Shown: positions 1 to 7,118 of the stretch, one piece after another
Layout: every line of letters starts with the position of its first letter
Position numbering within the stretch: the first letter of the stretch is position 1
Origin: Amoebidium appalachense
Lineage: Eukaryota > Protista > Ichthyosporea
DNA: 7,540 bases
Direction: 5' to 3'
NCBI GenBank assembly: GCA_963693365.1
Contig: CAVNZM010000107.1
Coordinates: 1-7,540 of the forward strand
Program-made: the position numbers and the translations under genes
The notes under the pieces: generated by a model
The model's database searches: none
What the model saw: only the letters and a program-made list of their open reading frames with translations
What the model was told of the DNA's origin: nothing

Positions 1-1428
1 TCCGCTATCACGGCGGATATTGCCAAAGAAGTCGCCCTCGGCCACCTGCACGGCCCCCTCTCCCCGGCCCAATTCTTTGACGAATTTCCGGTCCACCGTT
101 CCTCCCCCATCGGCGCCGTTACCAAGAAAGGGAACCCCCCCAAGTACCGTCGAATCCACCACCTCTCCTGGCCCCGGGGTAGCAGTGTCAATGACAGCAT
201 CACCTACCCCGACGAACTTCAGTACATTCGCGCCCGGGACGTCACCCAGCTCATTCTCGACGCAGGCCCCGGCTGCTACATGGCCGTGGCAGATGTGCAG
301 GCTGCCTTCCGGCACATGCCCATCCGACCAGAAGACCATCACTTAATGGCATTCAAATGGCTGGGGCATTTTTACGTTGAAACCAGACTGCCCTTCGGCC
401 TGAAATCTAGCCCAGCCATCTGGGAACGGATCGCAGCCACCCTACAGTGGCTGGCACACCAGCACGGTATTACCCTCATCCGCCACTACGTAGACGACTG
501 GATTATAGTCGCCCCCACACAAGAGCAGTGCCAACGTCACCTATCCACCTTCCTGCAACTCTGCCGAGAGCTGCACATTGCCATCTCCGAAGACAAGATG
601 CAGGGCCCGGCTACCCGTGTCGTCTTCATCGGTATCGAATTCGACTCCATCGCCATGGAGGCACGAATCCCGGCTTCCAAGCTCTCGGACCTACTCGACC
701 TCACTTCCCACCCAAAGCCCACCATCACCATTCGGGACCTCCAGTCCCTCCTCGGCAAACTCACCTGGTGTGCCCAGCTGGTTCCCCCCGGGAGGGCCTT
801 CTCCCAGCGCCTATGGGCCCTTCTCCGGACCCACCCACACCTTGCCGGCCACCACCACATACGACTGACTGCTGCCGCCCGGGCCGACATAGCCGAATGG
901 CACCAGTTCCTCACATCATGGAATGGGGTGCACCTCATCACACCCCCCACATACACTACCCTGGCCACCGATGCTGCCGGATCGGTGGGTCTAGGAGGCC
1001 ACTGGCTCGACCAATGGTTCTTCATGCCCTGGTCCCCCTCCACCCAAGCCCTCTATGCTCATGAGGGTAAACTCGGTTCTTCCGTCATCGAACTCCTGGC
1101 CATCGCAGCCGCCGTGGCCCTCTGGGCCCCCTCCTGGTCCACCCACCATGTCCGTATTTTATGCGACAACACGGGTGCTGTGTCTGACCTGCACTCCCGG
1201 TCTTCCCCCCACCCCGTGATGGCCAAACTTATTCGGTTCATCACCCGCATGGAAATGCAATACCAATTTACGTTACAGGCATCCTACCTACCAGGACCCC
1301 TCAACCATCTGGCCGATGCCATTTCTCGTAACCAACTTCCCCGGGCCCGACGACTCCGACCTTCCCTGCAACCGGAGCCCTGCCCCTTCCCCTCCTGGGT
1401 CCACGAGTTCCTATCCCTCCCCTTGGGC

Positions 1429-1431
<3 letters not shown>
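1..1431 (+). CDS. Reverse transcriptase-RNase H of a DIRS/Ngaro-type element (5'-partial)
   Basis: Frame 1 is open from base 1, upstream of the ORF-track start at 280: SAITADIAKEVALGHLHGP...SSPIGAVTKKGNPPKYRRIHHLSWPRGSSVNDSI. RT motifs are ADVQAAFRHMPIRPED, LPFGLKSSPAIW and YVDD (487-498). RNase H motifs are TDAAG, IELLAI, CDN and NHLADAISR. Stop is TAA 1429-1431. Confidence 0.95.
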
Positions 1432-1460
<29 letters not shown>

Positions 1461-1462
1461 AG
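1427..1462 (+). promoter_or_regulatory. Putative spliceosomal branch point (GCTAAC), polypyrimidine tract and 3' splice acceptor (CAG) upstream of the YR
   Basis: GCTAAC at 1427-1432 matches the CTRAY branch consensus. An unbroken C tract runs to 1460 and the first downstream AG is at 1461-1462, 31 nt from the branch A. Function is inferred. Confidence 0.55.
1432..1460 (+). repeat. C29 homopolymer
   Basis: 29 consecutive C immediately follow the RT stop codon. The exact length may be unreliable. Confidence 0.97.
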
Positions 1463-1491
1463 ATCTCCCGTTCCGGAGCAACGCTGGCAGA

Positions 1492-2523
1492 TTGGCCCCC
1501 CACTTTGCTCCGGCCGAGCTGCTTCGAGCCACCACTACCCTGCAGGAATGCCAGGCCCTGAGTCTCAACCTCGACTCTCGGGCCTTTTACTCCCGGGTGC
1601 AAAAAGTGTTCATCGATTTCTGTGTGGCATCTCGGCTGCAATCCCCCTCCGGGTCCTCCCTCCCGGCCTCCCCACACACCGTGCAACTTTTTCTCGCCTG
1701 GTGTGCCCAACGAGGGGTACAGGCCTCTTCCTTAACCGGCTACAATTCGGCCATCACCAGGCTCCACCTCGACATGGGCCTCCCTGCTCCCTACCCCCAC
1801 GACAAGTCTCTGGCCTGGTTCCTACGGGGGGTGGGCAGATGGCAGCTTTCTCACAACATCCGACCCCGCTCATCCACCAGGGAACCCCTCCTGCCCTCCC
1901 ACCTCAGCCTACTCCATGGCCAGTGCCCCACCAAGGCCTCCTCGGCCAATCTCCGGCTATGGACGGCCCTCATCGTCGGTTTCTGTGGTCTCCTCCGTTC
2001 AGGGGAATTTACCTCCAAGACCCTGACTTCTTTCGACCCGTCCCGTCACGTTAAACGGAAAGACGTGACCTTCACCTACACCCCCACCGGTACTTTGTCC
2101 CATGCCACCCTCCACCTGCCAACCTCTAAGACGGATGTACAGGCCCGAGGTGTCAACGTCACTCTAGCTGCCCTGCCCCTCACCCACTTCTCCCCAGCCC
2201 ATCTCCTCCGGCAGTTCCTGGATACAACGTCCGGTCAACCCGACGACCCCCTCTTCAGTCTCGGTGGCATCCCCTACACCAAGAGTGCTTTCTCTGCCGA
2301 CTTCCGTGCCCTCCTCTCCCGGGCAGGCCTCTCACCCTCCCGGTTTGCCGGACACAGCCTCCGCATCGGGGGGGCCACAGCACTGGCTGAGGCCGGGGTC
2401 GACGACTCCCGGATCAAACAACTCGGCAGGTGGTCCTCCGACTGCTTCCTGATCTATACCCGACTTCGTCCGGCCTCCATTGCTGCCACCACCACACGTG
2501 TATTCGCCTCTATTCTTAAGTGA
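1492..2523 (+). CDS. Tyrosine recombinase (phage-integrase family) of the retrotransposon; true start uncertain
   Basis: The catalytic set is complete: R in GLLRSGEF (1996-1998), K in TSKTD, H-x-x-R in GHSLRIGGAT (from 2353), LGRWSS, and Y in CFLIY (2455-2457). There is an N-terminal core-binding-like region (FIDFC...LFLAW...SLTGYNSAI). The frame is open from 1432; the listed start is TTG and the first ATG is at 1774. Confidence 0.93.
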   Translation: MAPHFAPAELLRATTTLQECQALSLNLDSRAFYSRVQKVFIDFCVASRLQSPSGSSLPASPHTVQLFLAWCAQRGVQASSLTGYNSAITRLHLDMGLPAPYPHDKSLAWFLRGVGRWQLSHNIRPRSSTREPLLPSHLSLLHGQCPTKASSANLRLWTALIVGFCGLLRSGEFTSKTLTSFDPSRHVKRKDVTFTYTPTGTLSHATLHLPTSKTDVQARGVNVTLAALPLTHFSPAHLLRQFLDTTSGQPDDPLFSLGGIPYTKSAFSADFRALLSRAGLSPSRFAGHSLRIGGATALAEAGVDDSRIKQLGRWSSDCFLIYTRLRPASIAATTTRVFASILK

Positions 2524-2599
2524 AACCTTGAAGATACCGCCCCCACCCCATAATAGAAACACTTAAAAAATTATTCCCCATTCGGTTGTGTTTACCTCC

Positions 2600-3355
2600 T
2601 GTTGTTTTGTACGGGTCTAAGGGAGCAGAGTGCACAGAGGTGTCATGTAAAAACACGACTAACACATTAATGAGAGGGCAATCGGAGTTGTTCACGAGAC
2701 ATTGAAAGATTTCAAACAACAACTGAATCTTTATTGTGCTCTCGGTTCCTTTTGTACTTGCGACTTATCACCTTATCACAACTAAAGAGGGAGAACCAAT
2801 CGGTTCTATCAGAAGATAGAAAAACACATTCCGACAGAGCATACGCATTCCAACTTCCGATTAAACTAAAGTGTAGAAACTCTTACTTAAATAAATTAAG
2901 TAATTATACATCTAGTCACTATTAACTCACATATATATTTATGTTCGTCTCTATAAAGAAACTTATTTAAATACATATATTTCCTAACAGTCGACACTCT
3001 CAAAGTGAAGACACTTTGCAATAAACCGAATTCCATATATATCTATTGTCCAATCACAACACACATATATTAACAGACAGGAATGCACAACACAATCTAC
3101 AGATGTACTCGCTCGCGACTATTGGCGAGCCATCCTTTTGAGAACAAAACTAGGCCATTTTGAAATAAAGGAAAGACAACGAGTGAGGCTATAGCCAATC
3201 ACGCTACCTCTCAGATAAACAGAGGAGAGCAAACAGAAATAAAACACAATAAGTTCTTATCAGGCAAGAGAGCCAGGTGTGCACAGATCTACAGATATCT
3301 GTGCCCACAGAAACAAGGGAGAGAGAGATACGGGGGGGGGGGGGGGGGGGGGGGG

Positions 3356-3453
<98 letters not shown>

Positions 3454-3549
3454 GAGCACAAAGGAGGAAAGCAGACACGAATACAAACAAGCTAGGACAC
3501 ATACATACTTCAAGGCTCTTGCTGTCATACATGGTGACGTATTCCAACA
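2600..3549 (-). repeat. Candidate 3' LTR of the copia element
   Basis: The minus strand begins TGTTGGAATA at 3549, directly after the PPT. The only CAACA I found on the minus strand before the YR gene is at 2604-2600, which gives TGTTG...CAACA termini. A minus-strand AATAAA lies at 2735-2730. The start is well supported and the end is weak because the second LTR is not in the window. Confidence 0.4.
3315..3456. repeat. Compound polypurine tract: short (GA)n, G27 (3332-3358), then about 98 nt of (AG)n with two short G-run interruptions
   Basis: Seen directly in the sequence. Confidence 0.97.
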
Positions 3550-3560
3550 TCCCCACTCAA
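3550..3560 (-). other. Polypurine tract (plus-strand primer site) of the copia element
   Basis: The minus strand reads TTGAGTGGGGA|TGTTGG, the typical copia PPT/LTR junction pattern, downstream of pol. Confidence 0.7.
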
Positions 3561-3765
3561 GGGGTTGAAGTTTGTGTTCTCGTGTCTGTTGATGTGACGG
3601 TAGATGGGGTCCAAACACAGGAGGGGCCGTCACACTCAAGTTTCCCCACTCGAGGATGCAAACCGAAGATCCTTGAGGTGGGAAGGAGAGAATCAAAACT
3701 GAAGAGGCACACAACGACGGTTGCCTCTGAAGACTCGAAATAAGAAATCATGGTGGTTATCGGCG

Positions 3766-3780
3766 ATATATATATATATA
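3766..3780. repeat. (AT)n microsatellite, 15 nt
   Basis: ATATATATATATATA seen directly. Confidence 0.9.
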
Positions 3781-3824
3781 GATAGGAAACACTAGTGTAT
3801 GTGTGACGTGTTGGTGGCTAATGG

Positions 3825-4025
3825 TTTATACTGGGGACCACCCAGGTAAACACAAGACATGAACATCTTGTGGACTGATTTATAGACTGGTGGTCAACCA
3901 GTTAAGACACGGGGAAGGTGCATCCCGTGGACTAGGTTTAGACTGGCAGTCAACCAGCACGTCATGGCTATAGATAATTATTTATACTGGGACGCCATCC
4001 CAGTTCGACATCTATATAAGTCGAA
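3825..4025 (-). repeat. Degenerate tandem array of stem-loops in the copia 3' untranslated region
   Basis: TTTA(TA)(GA)CTGG...CCAG units have CTGG at 3831, 3887, 3943 (56-bp period) and 3987. Intervening 22-nt CAC...GTG hairpins at 3851-3872 and 3908-3929 are each followed by GACT. Confidence 0.8.
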
Positions 4026-4269
4026 TATAGAAGAAAACCAATATATATGGTGGGATATGAATATAAATAAACGACGGATGGTGGAGAATAATCCCCACTG
4101 AAGATGCACACATATGACGATGGAAGACTGAGTCCCCACTGATGAAGAGAAACGATGAGGAGTAGTAGACTTTCGTTGGGAGGCATCTTGATCACCGTAG
4201 GTGTGTCAACTGCTGTCCAGGGCCCCAACCTACTCAGAAACCACTCGATGATGAACACCAGTGCACGGG

Positions 4270-6129
4270 TCAGTCACGGAGACTGAGGTTGGCACGGTGT
4301 GTGTCGTGGGCCGTACCAGCCAGAGGCTTGGTGAAGATGTCGGCCAGGTTCTTCTTGGTGTCGATGTAGGTGACAGTGACGTCCCCACTGTTGATGTAGT
4401 CCTTTGTGTTGAAGTAACGAACGGCAATGTGCTTGGTCCGGTGCTTGATGGTGTTGGAGTGGACCAGAGCAATGGTGGACTGATTGTCACAGTACACGGG
4501 GGTGGGCTCGGTCATGGGGTAGCCCAGCTCCTTTAGTAGATCACGGTGCCAGACAACATCTTGCACGGCAGCATTGAGGGCCAGGAGCTCGGCCTCACAC
4601 GTGGAGGTTGCAGTGATCGTCTGCAGCTTGGAGTGGTAGGTGACGGGGGAGCCTTCGAGGAGGATGACGTACCCAGACGTGGAACGACGGGTGGTGGGGC
4701 AACCAGCAAAGTCAGAATCCGAGTAGCACTCAAGGATGGGCACCTTGCTGTTGGGGGCCTTCTTCTTGTAGTAGAGGCCGAGGTTGATGGTGCCGAGCAG
4801 GTAACGAACGACACGGAGGAGAAGCTCCCAGGCAGTCTTGGTGGGCTTGGAGCTGAATCGGCCGAGGTAGCCAATGGCATACGAGATGTCAGGCCGGGAG
4901 CACCGAGCAACCCACAGCAGACGGCCGAGGAGTTCACGGTAGGGGACGGTGGTGGGCAGGGATGAGTGGGAGGTCTCGTTGATGATGGTGCCCACGGGAA
5001 TAGGGGTGGCCTTAGGCTTGGCATCGACCAGGTTGAAGTCGGTGATGATGTCCTTGATGTAGGAGGACTGCAGCAGCTTGAGGGAGTCACGGGTGTACAG
5101 CAGTTGGGTGCCGAGGAAGATGTCTGGCAGACCGACCTTGCACTCGGCAGACTTCGTGATGTGACGAACAAGCCCCTGCATGATGGTGGAGTTCCGTGTG
5201 CAGGTGATGATGGCATCATCAACGTAGTTGCCCGAACGGATGATGTGCCCGTTGGGGAACTGACGGAAGTAGACACACGGATCGGAACGGAGACGGGTGA
5301 GGCCGTGGGCAATGAGAATGGAGTTGAAGAACTCGTACCATGCCAGGGATGCCTGCTTGAGTCCGTAGATGGCCTTCTTGAGTTTCCAGACTTTGTGTTC
5401 ATTGCCAGGGAGGATAAAACCAGGAGGTTGCTCCATGTACAAAGTCTCGTCGAGGGGGCTGTTGAGGAAGGCCGTGCTGATGTCGAGTTGATGGATCTCG
5501 TGGTCCTGTTGCACACCGAGGGCAAGCAGGGCACGGACGGAGGAGGACATGACGACGGGGGAAGAGTTTTCACCGTAGTCAACACCGTAGACTTGGGTGA
5601 AACCCTTGGCCACACCACGACCCTTGATCTTGGTGTCACCAGCAGAGTTGAGGACCTTCTCCGTGACAATCCACTTGAATCGGATGATGTTGGCATCGGA
5701 GGGGGGCTCAACTACGTCGAAGATGTCCTTGTCGATGAAAGCCTTGTACTCGGCAGTGAGGGCAGTCACCACTTCATCACCCTTGGTGCCAGAGCACAGC
5801 TTCTGAATTGACCGGGGCAGCTGAGACACATCAAGGCTGGGTCGGGAGATGCTCACCATAGCCATAGCAGGCCGGGAGGAGAGACGGGAGGAACGACGGG
5901 GAACGGTACGGAGGGGCTCAGGGGCCGGGGGGTTGTCTGTGACAGACACTCGGTGGTCGGGGATGGGGGCCTGGAAGCCAGGGATGGGTGCCGTGTTGAG
6001 GGGGGAGTCGGATAACACGGGGCTGGACGGGGCCGAGTGGAACTCCGGAGACCCAGGACGAACCGGGGTGAGATGACCAGGTACGTGGTCATTGACGGCA
6101 GGGGCCGGCAGCAGGGGTTGCTGACCGGT
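4270..6129 (-). CDS. Copia pol, RT-RNase H portion (continues from integrase across a frameshift)
   Basis: RT motifs are VAKGFTQVYGVDY, HQLDISTAFLN, LKKAIYGLKQAS and YVDD. Ty1/copia RNase H motifs are YSDSDFAG...RRSTSGY, STCEAE, YCDNQS, HRTKHI and NLADIFTKPL. The frame is open upstream of the listed GTG (6018) through the homopolymer at 6130-6142. Confidence 0.95.
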   Translation of the reverse strand, partial: TGQQPLLPAPAVNDHVPGHLTPVRPGSPEFHSAPSSPVLSDSPLNTAPIPGFQAPIPDHRVSVTDNPPAPEPLRTVPRRSSRLSSRPAMAMVSISRPSLDVSQLPRSIQKLCSGTKGDEVVTALTAEYKAFIDKDIFDVVEPPSDANIIRFKWIVTEKVLNSAGDTKIKGRGVAKGFTQVYGVDYGENSSPVVMSSSVRALLALGVQQDHEIHQLDISTAFLNSPLDETLYMEQPPGFILPGNEHKVWKLKKAIYGLKQASLAWYEFFNSILIAHGLTRLRSDPCVYFRQFPNGHIIRSGNYVDDAIITCTRNSTIMQGLVRHITKSAECKVGLPDIFLGTQLLYTRDSLKLLQSSYIKDIITDFNLVDAKPKATPIPVGTIINETSHSSLPTTVPYRELLGRLLWVARCSRPDISYAIGYLGRFSSKPTKTAWELLLRVVRYLLGTINLGLYYKKKAPNSKVPILECYSDSDFAGCPTTRRSTSGYVILLEGSPVTYHSKLQTITATSTCEAELLALNAAVQDVVWHRDLLKELGYPMTEPTPVYCDNQSTIALVHSNTIKHRTKHIAVRYFNTKDYINSGDVTVTYIDTKKNLADIFTKPLAGTAHDTHRANLSLRD

Positions 6130-7118
6130 GGGGGGGGGGGGGTGGGTGGAGCCACGGGGGCAGGTACACGACGGGGGGAACGACGGATAATCACCGACGG
6201 AATTTCATCGTCATCGGAATTGGAATTTCCGGAATGCAGGGATGAATCGATTGAGGTCGTCTGATTGGTGGCCTGCACAGAAATCTGATTGGATGCCGTG
6301 GTGAATTGTGATTCGTCGAAGACGACATCGCGGTAGAGGTTGACCGTGTTGCCACGTAGATTCATGATCTTGTGGGCTTTGTTGGTGATATCCCAGCCCA
6401 CGTAGGTGCCGAGTTTGACGGTAGAGGCCAACTTGTCTCGTTTGGATGCAGGGACGTGTACATAGGCTGGGCAGCCGAACACGTGCAGGTGGGAGATGTC
6501 AGGCTTGACACCGTAGAAAATTTCAAACGGTGTACGGCCATTGGCAGCTCTGGCCGGGGTCACGTTGATGATGTAGGCAGCATGCTTGAGAGCAGCTCCC
6601 CACAGTTTGGGGGAAAAGAAGTCGGCCTTGTCCTGATGAAGGAAGCACCGAACGATCTCATGCAGATCCCTCATCTTACGTTCAACGAAGCCGTTGAGTT
6701 GGGGGCAGTCAACCGGGGCAAATTCTTGAATGATGCCCTTGGACTGGCAGTACTGCTCCATAGCGTGGGAGGTGAACTCGGACCCAGAGTCTGAACGGAA
6801 GTGGGTCACCACCTTGTCGGGTTGCTTGTCAGTAGTCTCAACCAGGGCCTTGACGTATTCGAGAGTTTCGGATCGATCACGGAGGAGGTACACGATGGTG
6901 TAGCCGGAGGCATCACAGGTACACACGAGGGCCACCTTGTAGCCACCATAGGAGGCACAGGGAGGCTCGAAGAAGTCCATGTGCCACTTGGCACCGGGGA
7001 AGGGGCACTGGGTTCTGGTGCCGGAGAATGGGGCCTTGGTGGTCTTGCCGGAGACACAACCGAAGCAGTCAGTGGTGTCAGCCACTGAGAGGGATGAGGG
7101 GAGGCCTGTCACGAGGTC
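6130..7118 (-). CDS. Copia pol, integrase portion
   Basis: CxxC (CFGC) of the HHCC finger, the D,D(35)E core (WHMD, RSDSGSEF, NGFVER) and the copia SH3-like region LHVFGCPAYVHVP...RDKL...YVGW...RDVVFDE are present. A frameshift bounds each side. Confidence 0.93.

Larger units (their letters stand above)
1..2570 (+). mobile_element. Tyrosine-recombinase retrotransposon (DIRS order, probably Ngaro-like), 5' part outside the window
   Basis: RT-RNase H is followed directly by a lambda-family tyrosine recombinase, the order that defines DIRS-type elements. The GC/C-rich composition switches to AT-rich at about 2550-2570. The right boundary is approximate. Confidence 0.9.

Noticed and set aside
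20-1064. Alternative-frame ORFs over the DIRS RT (20..346, 447..1064, 578..868, 537..1043 minus)
   Set aside because: They give Pro/Ser/Arg/His-rich low-complexity translations expected from C-rich codon bias, with no motifs. Overlapping ORFs do exist in DIRS elements, so 447..1064 is unsupported rather than excluded.
1492-2523. Reading the YR as a prophage or integron integrase, and RT plus YR as a bacterial retron-like system
   Set aside because: The RT is DIRS-type with a fused RNase H, and the neighbouring copia element and microsatellites indicate a eukaryotic genome.
1548-2562. Shadow ORFs over the YR gene
   Set aside because: They have no recognisable motifs and are explained by the GC-rich coding sequence.
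3503-3508. GTATGT 5' splice-donor match on the minus strand followed by a (CT)n tract, suggesting a host exon
   Set aside because: None of the three upstream frames gives a recognisable protein, and the PPT/LTR junction explains the region better.
3204-3743. ORFs with poly-G/ER or poly-P/SL tracts
   Set aside because: They are artefacts of the stop-free G27 and (GA)n microsatellite.
3825-4025. CRISPR-like reading of the hairpin array
   Set aside because: The repeats are degenerate, the intervening segments are homologous to each other rather than unique spacers, there are no cas genes and the context is eukaryotic.
4092-4140. Internal AGTGGGGA copies as the true PPT, with an LTR starting near 4090 or 4130
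   Set aside because: Neither is followed by TG on the minus strand; only the 3550 copy abuts TGTTG.
5853-6129. C-terminal tail of the 419-aa integrase ORF (VSNPCCRPL...LLWLW)
   Set aside because: It is most simply an out-of-frame read past the C13 frameshift; the RT frame is open over the same interval.
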